This document shows positions 5,098 to 15,783 of a stretch of 42,059 bases of DNA, piece by piece. Made by a program: the position numbers and the translations under genes. This stretch comes from a virus (lineage: Duplodnaviria > Caudoviricetes): IMG/VR virus record IMGVR_UViG_3300012816_000037, positions 1 to 42,059 of that record; one strand, 5' to 3'. Each line of letters begins with the position of its first letter. Positions within the stretch are counted from its first letter, which is position 1. The notes under the pieces are model-generated. The model ran no database searches. It saw only the letters and a program-made list of their open reading frames with translations, and was not told where the DNA came from.

Positions 5098-7767
5098 ATG
5101 AGTGTCCTTCTCCCTGAGCAACAAGATTTCTCCGACATCAAGCATTCCCCAAAAGCCTTCGAGACCCTCTCCAGGTTGTACGGGGAGGACCTGGCGGCCC
5201 TTCAGCTCTCCCTTGAGCATGAGGCATACGTCCTGGGTGAAGAGAGGTTCCGTAAGGGCCTGGAGGCTGCCATGGCCTCGGGCGAATATGCAGACACCAC
5301 AACCGCTAAGCCAGTCCTGGAGGCACTGGTCCCTATGTTCGTCGCTCGGTACAACGAGTGGCTCGAACACCAGAACACTAAGGTCCGGCGCAAGCATGTG
5401 GCCATCGACAAGTTCCGCGTACTGAAACCCGAGGTGGCCGCGATTGTTACGATCAAGCGCACCCTCGGGATTCTTGCGTCTACCTCAGGCACTCACACCG
5501 TCCAGCGCGTGGCTATCTCCATTGGCCAGTCCATTGAAGACGAGCTGCGCTTTGGTCGTATCCGTGAGCAAGAGGCCCAGCACTTCAAGCGAGTCATCCG
5601 GCCAGCCCTGGATCGCCGCAATGGCCACCTTTATAAGAAGGAGTTCATGAAGGCGGTGGAGACCAACATGGCCACGGACGGCCAGCTCGACACCTGGCTC
5701 CCTTGGGAGGTCAACCGGGCCGACATCGGCAAGGATGAGCATTTCCAGGTGGGGATCAAACTCATGGAGATCCTTATCGAGTCCTCGGGCTTGATCGAGG
5801 TGGTCCGCGAGAACGCCGGGCACGCAGCAAGTGACTGTGAGGCTGTCCACCTGCATCCAGCGTGGGCCGAGAAGCTCTCGCAGCGCGCCTTCAGCCTGGC
5901 CGGCATCGCCCCAGTCCATCAGCCGTGTGTCGTCCCTCCTAAAAAGTGGGTCGGTGTGCGGGGCGGTGGGTACTGGGCACAGGGCCGTAAGCCTGTAAGT
6001 CTCATCCGGGTCCGCACCAAGCGAGCTCTGGACCGCTACCGGGATGTCCACATGCCGGAGGTGGTGAAGGCCGTTAACCTGGCCCAGGAGTCTGCCTGGT
6101 CGGTGAACCTCAAGGTCCTGGAGGTGGCCAACGCGCTGTCCGAATGGCAAAACGTACCCATTGATGACTTCCCGGCTCTGGCCAAGGAAGAGCTCCCCAT
6201 GCGCCCGGAGGACATCGATGAGAACGAGGCGAGCCTGAAGGTCTGGAAGAAGGACGCCACCAAGGTCTACCGCCGCGAGAAGGCGCGTTCATCTCGCAGG
6301 CTGCGGCTGGAGTTCACCCTGGCCCAGGCCAACAAGTTCTCGGAGTATGAGGCCATCTGGTTCCCCTACAACATGGACTGGCGCGGCCGGGTCTATGCCC
6401 TCCCGATGTTCAACCCGCAAGGGAACGATATGACGAAGGGACTCCTGCAGGCTGCCCACGGGGAGCCTATCGGAGCTGAAGGGAAAATGTGGTTGGCTAT
6501 CCATGGGGCTAACACGGCCGGCGTGGACAAGGTGGGCTTTGCAGAGCGCCTGAAGTGGGTCGAGGACAACCAGGAGCTAATCCTGGCGTGTGCTGCAGAT
6601 CCCCTCACTAATACGGAATGGATGTCCATGGACTCTCCGTTCTGTTTCCTGGCGTTCTGCTTTGAGTGGGCAGGAGTCCAGGAGCACGGCGAAGCGTGGG
6701 TATCGCGACTACCTATTGCTTTCGACGGCTCCTGTTCCGGTATTCAGCACTTCTCCGCAATGCTCCGCGACGAGCGTGGTGGCCGTGCTGTAAACCTCCT
6801 CCCATCCACCGAAGTCCAGGACATTTACCGTCTCGTGGCCCACGAAGTCATCCTGCGGATGCAAGTGGACATGGAGCACGGCACTGAGGACCAGGTGGAA
6901 TTGGTCACGGACGAGAAGACCGGAGAGATCCGGGAGGTCCGCACCATTGGCACCCGAACGCTTGCGAAAGGCTGGGATACCTACGGTGTGACCCGCTCGA
7001 CCACTAAACGTTCCGTGATGACGCTGCCTTACGGATCAAAGGAGTTCGGCTTCGCTGACCAGCTCATGGTGGACATCATCCGTCCAGCCATCGACAGAGG
7101 GCAGGGCCACATGTTCACTCACCCGGACCAGTTTGCTCGCTATCTGGCGAAACACATCTGGGATTCTGTGAGTGTCGTAGTGGTTGCCTCCGTCGAGGCC
7201 ATGGAGTGGCTCCAGCGCGCCGCCAAGCTGATGGCCAGCACCGTCAAGGACAAGAAGACCAAAGAGGTCCTCAAGCCCTGCATGGCGGTCCACTGGATTA
7301 CCCCGGACGGCTTCCCGGTCTGGCAGGAGTACTTCACTCCGGTCAAGCGCCGGGTGGACCTGATGTTCCTGGGTAGCCACAGGATGCAGGCCACGGTCAA
7401 CGTCCGGGACTCTGAAGAGATGGACCCGAGGAAGATGGAGAGCGGGGTGTCCCCGAACTTTGTCCATTCCCAGGATGGTTCTCACCTCCGGAAGACCGTG
7501 GTGAAAGCCCGTGAAGCCTACAGCATCGAGTTCTTCGCCTTGATCCATGACTCCTTCGGGACTATCCCAGCGAAAGCCGGGGGCATGTTCCGGGCAGTTC
7601 GGGAGACCATGGTGGAAACCTACGAAAACAACGATGTCCTGGCGGACTTCCGTGAGCAATTCATGGACCAGCTCCATGAATCCCAGCTCGACAAGATGCC
7701 GCCGCTCCCAGCCTCTGGGTCCCTGGATCTCCAGGAAATCCTCAAGTCTGAGTTTGCTTTCGCTTAA
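5098..7767 (+). CDS. gp1: Single-subunit T7-like DNA-directed RNA polymerase
   Basis: DWRGRVY, AFDGSCSGIQH, RSTTKRSVMTLPYG, PNFVHSQDG, IHDSFGT, C-terminal FAFA. Confidence 0.99.
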   Translation: MSVLLPEQQDFSDIKHSPKAFETLSRLYGEDLAALQLSLEHEAYVLGEERFRKGLEAAMASGEYADTTTAKPVLEALVPMFVARYNEWLEHQNTKVRRKHVAIDKFRVLKPEVAAIVTIKRTLGILASTSGTHTVQRVAISIGQSIEDELRFGRIREQEAQHFKRVIRPALDRRNGHLYKKEFMKAVETNMATDGQLDTWLPWEVNRADIGKDEHFQVGIKLMEILIESSGLIEVVRENAGHAASDCEAVHLHPAWAEKLSQRAFSLAGIAPVHQPCVVPPKKWVGVRGGGYWAQGRKPVSLIRVRTKRALDRYRDVHMPEVVKAVNLAQESAWSVNLKVLEVANALSEWQNVPIDDFPALAKEELPMRPEDIDENEASLKVWKKDATKVYRREKARSSRRLRLEFTLAQANKFSEYEAIWFPYNMDWRGRVYALPMFNPQGNDMTKGLLQAAHGEPIGAEGKMWLAIHGANTAGVDKVGFAERLKWVEDNQELILACAADPLTNTEWMSMDSPFCFLAFCFEWAGVQEHGEAWVSRLPIAFDGSCSGIQHFSAMLRDERGGRAVNLLPSTEVQDIYRLVAHEVILRMQVDMEHGTEDQVELVTDEKTGEIREVRTIGTRTLAKGWDTYGVTRSTTKRSVMTLPYGSKEFGFADQLMVDIIRPAIDRGQGHMFTHPDQFARYLAKHIWDSVSVVVVASVEAMEWLQRAAKLMASTVKDKKTKEVLKPCMAVHWITPDGFPVWQEYFTPVKRRVDLMFLGSHRMQATVNVRDSEEMDPRKMESGVSPNFVHSQDGSHLRKTVVKAREAYSIEFFALIHDSFGTIPAKAGGMFRAVRETMVETYENNDVLADFREQFMDQLHESQLDKMPPLPASGSLDLQEILKSEFAFA

Positions 7768-7786
7768 AAACCCTCACTCTTAGTGA
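7765..7786 (+). promoter_or_regulatory. Phage RNAP promoter (phi1.1-like)
   Basis: TAAAAACCCTCACTCTTAGTG. Confidence 0.85.
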
Positions 7787-7804
7787 CACCCACAACCTCC
7801 CTTT

Positions 7805-7832
7805 GAGCCCGCCACTGCGCGGGCTTCTTTTT
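7805..7832 (+). terminator. Rho-independent terminator after the RNAP gene
   Basis: GAGCCCGC-loop-GCGGGCTT followed by CTTTTT. Confidence 0.8.
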
Positions 7833-7852
7833 GCCTGAAGGAAACCAATCGA

Positions 7853-7990
7853 ATGCAAAGCAACCACGTCGAGCGTCTGTCTCGTCCGACCACCCGTGCC
7901 CGCAATCCTGAGGAGCTCGAAGCGCTGCGCCAACGCAAAGGCAAGCGCAACAAGACCTCCCGAGGGGAGCGCCATGAATGGGTTGGCTGA
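7853..7990 (+). CDS. gp1.1: gp1.1-like small basic protein (45 aa)
   Basis: MQSNHVERLSRPTTRARNPEELEALRQRKGKRNKTSRG; GAAGGA RBS; synteny. Confidence 0.75.
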   Translation: MQSNHVERLSRPTTRARNPEELEALRQRKGKRNKTSRGERHEWVG

Positions 7991-8310
7991 GGGACTTCTT
8001 CACCTGGCCTGAGCCTGGCCCAGTCCTACGGGCGGACCACCCGGTCTACGGGATCCATCCTCGGGGCATGCGCACCCTGGCCACTCTGCAGCTCCCCACG
8101 AACGAGTGGGATCTCCTGGTGGACCACAACGGCAAGTACCTCCGCATTGATCGGGTCCAGCGCGGCTACATGCTCTTCAGCGAAGACCTGGCCCTACTGG
8201 TCGCCTACTGCGGGGAGCCAGTGACCGCCGCTTCGGAGCTCTCCAAGGCGCCGACGATCTCCTGCGACATCGCTTTGAAAACCATCGAATTTCTAAAGGA
8301 AACCATTTAA
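7978..8310 (+). CDS. Hypothetical protein
   Basis: 110 aa, GAGGGGAG RBS, stop overlaps the ligase start. Confidence 0.75.
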   Translation: MGWLRDFFTWPEPGPVLRADHPVYGIHPRGMRTLATLQLPTNEWDLLVDHNGKYLRIDRVQRGYMLFSEDLALLVAYCGEPVTAASELSKAPTISCDIALKTIEFLKETI

Positions 8311-9356
8311 TGGCAGCACAATCCGTAATCCTCGAAACCAATCCAGCCGGTCCTGTGGACTTCTCCGAGAACGCCATCCGTAAAGTCTTCGAGACTACCG
8401 GGTGGGTCATCGCGGACACCAAGGAAGATGGCGTCCAGTTGAACCTGGTGGTAACCGAGGATCGCGCTGTCCAGTTCCTCTCCCGAGCTGGTAAGTTCCT
8501 CCCAGGGATGCAGGCCGGATACAACCGCGACCTTAACGGTCATGGCCGCTTTGCTGACCTCCTCCTGGATGACCAGTGCATCTACCCGAACGGCTTCATG
8601 CTGCAGGCGGAGATTGTGGTCCCTGGACAACCTGCCGAGTTCACTGCCGGCCTCCTGCGCCGCGCCACCGCCAAGCCTGGCAAGCCACTCCTGGAGCTGG
8701 CCGACATCGAAGGTCACGTCTTTGGTGTGGCTCCACTGGATGCCATCCGCGAAGGCCGTGACCTCGAAGTCACCCACGGCATCATGAAGGTCCACTCGGA
8801 GCTCATGGTCGCCCTGCTGCAGAAGCACGTCCCACAGATCAAGTGGAAGATGGTCGAGAGCCTCGATGTCTTCACTTACGAGGGCCTGGCGACTCTCTTC
8901 GAGACCCGTCGAGCCGAAGGTAAGGAAGGCTTGGTCGTTAAAGATCCGAATGCCACCTGGAAGCGCGGCAAGAAGGTTGGCCAGTGGAAGATGAAGCCGG
9001 AAGACACCATCGATGGCACGGTCTGCGGTCTGGTATGGGGCACTCCCTGCCTGGCCAACGAGGGCAAGGTGATCGGCTTCGAGGTTCTGCTGGAGGATGG
9101 CCATGTGGTCAATGCCTGCGGAATCACCAAAGAGCAGATGACCGAATTTACCGACCTTGTAGCAGAGCACTACGGTGTTTCCGTGGACGAGCTGATGCAC
9201 GCAAGTGGGTCGGACTTCGGCAATACGGCGGGAGAAAACCCATTCTACGGTTGGTCCGTAGAGGTCTCCTTCATGGAGCGCTTCGAGGACGGATCCCTGC
9301 GCCACCCTTCGTTCAACCGCTGGCGGGGCATCTCGTCTCCTGAGGTGAAGGAATGA
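8310..9356 (+). CDS. gp1.3: ATP-dependent DNA ligase
   Basis: KEDG adenylation motif, EGLVVKD, WKMKP, GSLRHPSF. Confidence 0.97.
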   Translation: MAAQSVILETNPAGPVDFSENAIRKVFETTGWVIADTKEDGVQLNLVVTEDRAVQFLSRAGKFLPGMQAGYNRDLNGHGRFADLLLDDQCIYPNGFMLQAEIVVPGQPAEFTAGLLRRATAKPGKPLLELADIEGHVFGVAPLDAIREGRDLEVTHGIMKVHSELMVALLQKHVPQIKWKMVESLDVFTYEGLATLFETRRAEGKEGLVVKDPNATWKRGKKVGQWKMKPEDTIDGTVCGLVWGTPCLANEGKVIGFEVLLEDGHVVNACGITKEQMTEFTDLVAEHYGVSVDELMHASGSDFGNTAGENPFYGWSVEVSFMERFEDGSLRHPSFNRWRGISSPEVKE

Positions 9357-9664
9357 GTGCCATTATCGGCGCGGCAGTGGGAGCCTCCATCGGGGCTTCC
9401 ATGAGTCACTCCAGTGGCTCGGCCAGTGACCAGGAGCTATCCATCATCTTCCTGGTAGTCCTCTGGATCCTCCTTTGGATCTACTGCTGGGCGACCCGGA
9501 ATGACTACCTGAATCACTGGGGCTATCTGGGCATCCGGCCATCTAAGCCCATCACCTGGTGGCCGAAGACGGTCATCCACTACGTGAGCTTTGGGCTGGC
9601 CATCGGCTTGCTCATCCTGGGCGTCATCGCCTCGATCTACACACTGGTAAACTCCTCCTGGTAG
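9353..9664 (+). CDS. Small membrane protein (2 TM segments)
   Basis: Hydrophobic stretches IIFLVVLWILLWIYCW and FGLAIGLLILGVIASIY; ATGA overlap. Confidence 0.75.
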   Translation: MSAIIGAAVGASIGASMSHSSGSASDQELSIIFLVVLWILLWIYCWATRNDYLNHWGYLGIRPSKPITWWPKTVIHYVSFGLAIGLLILGVIASIYTLVNSSW

Positions 9665-9686
9665 ACGTTCTCACCAAGGGTTCACC

Positions 9687-9881
9687 ATGTTCCGCACTTT
9701 CGACATCCTCGTTAAGGCCATCCTGATCCTCCTCGTGCTTGCCACCATCCTCATGCTCTCCATCGGAGCCGGATTGAGCGCCTGCACCCCACTGATATTG
9801 CTGGGAGTGGTCATAGCATGGCCTTGGTTCTCCTACCGCAAGCGTAGGCAGCGCCGCTTGGATGCCTCGAAGATCGCGTAA
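9687..9881 (+). CDS. Small membrane protein (2 TM segments, basic tail)
   Basis: 64 aa, hydrophobic, RKRRQRR tail. Confidence 0.7.
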   Translation: MFRTFDILVKAILILLVLATILMLSIGAGLSACTPLILLGVVIAWPWFSYRKRRQRRLDASKIA

Positions 9882-9902
9882 AGAAACCCTGCGTTACCTG
9901 GA

Positions 9903-9935
9903 GGGCTGGCCTGTGATGGGTCGGCCCTTTTTGTT
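9903..9935 (+). terminator. Rho-independent terminator (TE-like)
   Basis: GGGCTGGCCT-loop-GGGTCGGCCC followed by TTTTTGTT. Confidence 0.8.
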
Positions 9936-9942
9936 GCCTGCC

Positions 9943-9964
9943 TAAATCCCCTCACTGATAGGAC
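9943..9964 (+). promoter_or_regulatory. Phage RNAP promoter (phi1.5/1.6-like)
   Basis: TAAATCCCCTCACTGATAGGAC. Confidence 0.8.
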
Positions 9965-9994
9965 ATCCCATTCACCTGCCAAGGAGGCCCAACC

Positions 9995-10267
9995 GTGCCC
10001 GAGACTTTTCTGCACCACAACCGTGGAGTCCCAAAGCTCCGCTTCACCGTCCGAGTGGACCGTGAGATCCGCCACGTCCAGACCAAGCCCTTCAATGGAG
10101 TCCTGGTGAACAAGGACAACAAGGCGACCTTCCTGGTCACCAAAGGCACCTGCGCCAAGGCCGCTCAACTGGGCCGCCTGAAGCTCACCCCATACACCGG
10201 CCGCTGGCCGCGCCTGGTCCTCCTGTGGACCCGCCTGAAGGAGGTCTGCAATGGAATCCGCAAGTAA
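9995..10267 (+). CDS. gp1.6: gp1.6-like protein
   Basis: LHHN.., VTKG.., RWPRLVLLWTRLKEV resemble T7 gp1.6; AAGGAGG RBS. Confidence 0.75.
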   Translation: MPETFLHHNRGVPKLRFTVRVDREIRHVQTKPFNGVLVNKDNKATFLVTKGTCAKAAQLGRLKLTPYTGRWPRLVLLWTRLKEVCNGIRK

Positions 10268-10466
10268 TGACATCGTGGGCAAAGCGCTCGCCAAAGGTGA
10301 CTACGTGGTCTTCGCCAAAGGCGGTAAAGGCGCTTCCGGTATGACCGTGGGTCGTGTCCTGCGAGTTCTCCCGAAGACCGTGGAGATCGAGGTCACCCCT
10401 GGACACTCCCGCCTTCGTGCCTTCGACCAGGTTGTCAAAGTTGACCGCCTGGGAGCTGCAGCATGA
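10251..10466 (+). CDS. Small hypothetical protein (SH3/KOW-like pattern)
   Basis: 71 aa, GDYVVF motif, AAGGAGG RBS. Confidence 0.75.
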   Translation: MESASNDIVGKALAKGDYVVFAKGGKGASGMTVGRVLRVLPKTVEIEVTPGHSRLRAFDQVVKVDRLGAAA

Positions 10467-10861
10467 AGCAGTGCCCCGACTGTCTTAACTCCTGGCAGTT
10501 CTGCGTGTGTCCACCTCGTGGTCCTGCAGATGCCCCAAAGGTGATCGGCACACTGCCAGCCCCAGAGTTCTCTGGTGGCTCCGTGGACTACTACAAGGTC
10601 CGCATTACCCACCCCACCACCAAGCACACCCTTCCGTATACCGCTGAGTGCAACGACATCATCGAGGCGCTCCAGATGAATTACGCCCAAGGGAACGCCT
10701 TTAAGGCCATCTGGCGTCAATGCGCCGCTGCAGCTCTGGACCTCCGCAAGAAAGGCCAGGACGAAGAGGGCCTCTATGACTCCCAAAAGGTGGAGTTCTT
10801 CGGTGCTCGGATGGTGGTCCAGGCGAAAGCTCGCAAGGAGGCGAACAATGCCCAAACGTGA
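10463..10861 (+). CDS. gp1.7/DUF3310-like protein (nucleotide kinase family)
   Basis: ECNDIIEAL..GNAFKAIWR..YDSQKVEFF; position before gp2. Confidence 0.7.
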   Translation: MKQCPDCLNSWQFCVCPPRGPADAPKVIGTLPAPEFSGGSVDYYKVRITHPTTKHTLPYTAECNDIIEALQMNYAQGNAFKAIWRQCAAAALDLRKKGQDEEGLYDSQKVEFFGARMVVQAKARKEANNAQT

Positions 10862-11015
10862 CTACGCAATGAAGCTCTTCAAGGTCCTGGTGACCGTCGA
10901 AGACGAAATCGAGGAGGTCCCTATGTGGGCCTCTTCCTTGGACGAAGCCCACGAAGCCGCTGAGCTGGAGTATGGCGAAGTCCATCGGGTCCGCCCTTCG
11001 GTAACTCCCGAATGA
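10848..11015 (+). CDS. gp2: Host RNA polymerase inhibitor
   Basis: EVPMWASSLDEAHEAAELEY..VHRVRP matches T7 gp2; AAGGAGG RBS. Confidence 0.88.
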   Translation: MPKRDYAMKLFKVLVTVEDEIEEVPMWASSLDEAHEAAELEYGEVHRVRPSVTPE

Positions 11016-11164
11016 AGGCCGGCATCCTGGTCAACTGGCGCTCCCTCTGGGTGGGCGCCCATTACTCAACCTTCAACCGCCGCCTGTGCGTGAACCTGGT
11101 CCCTTGTGTGACCGTCTGGGTTGCGCTGAAGGGCGGAAAGGTTCCACACAAGGACTACCGCTAA
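11012..11164 (+). CDS. Small hypothetical protein (50 aa, MKAGILVNWRSLWVGAHYS...)
   Basis: ATGA and TAATG coupling on both sides. Confidence 0.7.
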   Translation: MKAGILVNWRSLWVGAHYSTFNRRLCVNLVPCVTVWVALKGGKVPHKDYR

Positions 11165-11559
11165 TGCGCAGAGCTCAAGGCAACACCCGCTCCGCTCCAG
11201 ACGGCTTCCTGCACCTCTGGAACTTCGCGGCTACCAAAGGCTCCGGCCTGGCTGGCTGCCTGTTCAACTACGTGATGTCCGCTCGACAGAAGGACATCGT
11301 GGAGTCTGCTTTGCTCGAAATCGCCGATAAGCAGGCCCAGACGGATAGCCCAGAAGGGCGTCCATACGACCCCGAGCTTTACGCCCACTTCAAGCATGAG
11401 ACCTGGCGTTTCCAGAAGGGCTTCCTCCTGGCGAACTTCAAGGCCGTTGTGTACGGGTCCTTCAAGCTCTTCCGGCGCAATGCCAGCGAGCAAATGGCCA
11501 TCGAGATCAATCGCGAGTACCTGCAGACGGAGGTCGCAAAGGTCCGCTTCCCAGCTTAA
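11164..11559 (+). CDS. Hypothetical protein
   Basis: 131 aa from a TAATG-coupled ATG; phage-like codon usage. Confidence 0.75.
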   Translation: MRRAQGNTRSAPDGFLHLWNFAATKGSGLAGCLFNYVMSARQKDIVESALLEIADKQAQTDSPEGRPYDPELYAHFKHETWRFQKGFLLANFKAVVYGSFKLFRRNASEQMAIEINREYLQTEVAKVRFPA

Positions 11560-11585
11560 CCCACATAGACAAGGAGGTCTATTCC

Positions 11586-12296
11586 ATGAGCAATTTCCAA
11601 AAGCGTCCACAAGTCATCACCCCACGCGGCACCGTCGAGCCCTACGCCTACATCGCCAAGGCAGACTTCGGCCGTGACCACTTCGCCACCGAGCGTGGCA
11701 AGTACAAAATCAGCCTGACCATCGAGGCCAACGCTGCCCAGCCGTTCATCGACGCCATCGTGAAGCATCACGAAGAGTCCTATGCGAAGCGCCTGGCCGA
11801 GCACAAGAAGAACCCTCCTCAGGTCCAGCGCGGCAAGAAGCCCCTGGTTCCTTACGAAGGTGACCTGCCGTTCGTGGACAATGGCGATGGCACCGTGACC
11901 TTCCGCATGTCGAGCTATGACCGCTACGACGACAAGAAGACCGGTAAGACCATCATGAAGCCGCTGAAGGTGGCCGACTCGAAGGGCAAGACCATCGTAG
12001 ACGTTCCGAACATCTCGGGCGGCTCGGAGATCAAGGCCAAGGTCACCCTGATGGATTACGGCTGGACGCCAACCACTGGCGCCTCGGTCAAGCTGCAGAT
12101 CGACTCTGTGATGCTGCTGAAGCTGGTCGAGTTCGGCGGTGGCGAAGAGGACTGGGGTGATGAGGTCGAGGAGGACGGCTATGTGGCCGACAACTCCCAG
12201 CCGCGCCGCCAGGCTCCTCAGGATGAGCCGGAAGATGATGGCTTCGGCCCCGCTGATGATGGCTATGAAGTGTCTGATAATGGTGGCGACTTCTAA
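11586..12296 (+). CDS. gp2.5: Single-stranded DNA-binding protein
   Basis: EPYAYIAKADFG, GASVKLQ, acidic tail ending in DF. Confidence 0.96.
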   Translation: MSNFQKRPQVITPRGTVEPYAYIAKADFGRDHFATERGKYKISLTIEANAAQPFIDAIVKHHEESYAKRLAEHKKNPPQVQRGKKPLVPYEGDLPFVDNGDGTVTFRMSSYDRYDDKKTGKTIMKPLKVADSKGKTIVDVPNISGGSEIKAKVTLMDYGWTPTTGASVKLQIDSVMLLKLVEFGGGEEDWGDEVEEDGYVADNSQPRRQAPQDEPEDDGFGPADDGYEVSDNGGDF

Positions 12297-12760
12297 TGGC
12301 CTTCACCGGCCGCCGAGCGTATGCCGCTAAGTCGGCTGCAGGCAAAACCACTGCCTACCGCTCCGGCCTCGAAGAGAAGATCGCCGCTCAGTTGGAGGCT
12401 GCAGGGATTCCTGTGGCCTTCGAGCAGTTCAAGCTGAAGTACACCGTGCCCCAGCGTGAGGCGTCCTATACGCCTGACTTCGTGCTGCGCAATGGGATCA
12501 TCGTGGAGTCGAAAGGGATTTTCGACGTAGACGACCGCAAGAAACACTTGCTGATCCAGGAGCAACACCCGGAGCTGGACATCCGCTTCGTCTTCTCATC
12601 GAGCCGAGCAAAGCTCTACAAGGGCTCCAAGACAACCTATGCCGAATGGTGCGAAAAGAATGGCTTCCAATTTGCTGACAAGCTCATCCCGGCCGCCTGG
12701 CTGAAGGAGAAAGGCCAACCGATCCCAGACGGCATCCTCATTTGCAAAGGAGTGCAATGA
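12296..12760 (+). CDS. gp3: Endonuclease I (Holliday junction resolvase)
   Basis: YRSGLE, YTPDF, ESKG, QHPELDIRFVF. Confidence 0.97.
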   Translation: MAFTGRRAYAAKSAAGKTTAYRSGLEEKIAAQLEAAGIPVAFEQFKLKYTVPQREASYTPDFVLRNGIIVESKGIFDVDDRKKHLLIQEQHPELDIRFVFSSSRAKLYKGSKTTYAEWCEKNGFQFADKLIPAAWLKEKGQPIPDGILICKGVQ

Positions 12761-13200
12761 TGCCGAAGGTTCAATTCAAAAATCGCCTCAAGACGGACCT
12801 CATCGTGGTCCATTGCGCAGCCACTAAGCCATCCATGGACATCGGCCTGCGCGAGATCCGCCAGTGGCACCGCCAGCGTGGCTTCCTGGATGTCGGGTAT
12901 CACCTGATTATCCGTCGAGACGGCTCCGTCGAGCACGGCCGGGAGCTGGGTGTGGTCGGTGCGCATGTTCAAGGCCACAACGCGACCTCCGTAGGCGTCT
13001 GTCTGGTCGGTGGTGTGGACGAGAAGCTGCAGCCAGCCGCGAACTTCACGCCGGCCCAGTGGGACACCTTGAATGCAACCCTAAGGGGCCTGCAACAGGC
13101 TTACCCAGGGGCTCGGATCGTCGGCCACAACGAGCTGGATTCTGGCAAAGCCTGCCCCTCGTTCAACGTCCAGGACTACCTGGCGAAGAGCCTGCTGTAA
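12760..13200 (+). CDS. gp3.5: N-acetylmuramoyl-L-alanine amidase (T7 lysozyme, RNAP inhibitor)
   Basis: VVHCAAT, DVGYH, GAHVQG, GHNEL, KACPSF. Confidence 0.96.
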   Translation: MPKVQFKNRLKTDLIVVHCAATKPSMDIGLREIRQWHRQRGFLDVGYHLIIRRDGSVEHGRELGVVGAHVQGHNATSVGVCLVGGVDEKLQPAANFTPAQWDTLNATLRGLQQAYPGARIVGHNELDSGKACPSFNVQDYLAKSLL

Positions 13201-13274
13201 CCCTCAAGCCCTCCTCAAGGTGGTCCTCACGGCCGCCTCGGGGAGCCTTTTGCCCTGTGAACAAGGAGGTTCAT

Positions 13275-15501
<2,227 letters not shown>

Positions 15502-15513
15502 AGGAGAACCCAT

Positions 15514-15711
15514 ATGTTCGTCATCAAAACCTACCGCTTCATCCTGGCTCGCCTCATCGCTTCGCTGACCAAGGCGGCCGACCAGAAGGCCAAGCAGGCC
15601 GAATGGGCGAAGAACACCGCCGAAGCCATGCGCAAGGCCGAAGAGGGCTTCCGTGCCGATGCCGAAAAGCTGCGCTTCGAGGCCGCCAAGTTCAAGGCGC
15701 TGACCCGCTAA
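15514..15711 (+). CDS. gp4.3-like helical protein
   Basis: 65 aa, AAGGAG RBS, synteny. Confidence 0.7.
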   Translation: MFVIKTYRFILARLIASLTKAADQKAKQAEWAKNTAEAMRKAEEGFRADAEKLRFEAAKFKALTR

Positions 15712-15783
15712 CGGTAATCCCATACCAGTCAACCACTTAGGAGGAAATCCTCACACGACAGCTTGAAGCACAGGAGGGACCCT

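Noticed and set aside
13198-13215. Degenerate phage promoter-like sites (TAACCCTCAAG here; also AAATCCTCACACG at 15745, TCTCACTACT at 4081 and CCCCTCACGC at 493)
   Set aside because: Too many mismatches in the CCTCACTA core to call without a PWM or experiment.
12864-13274. N-terminal extension of the 325-aa ORF
   Set aside because: Overlaps the lysozyme out of frame; the real start is ATG 13275 after AAGGAGG.
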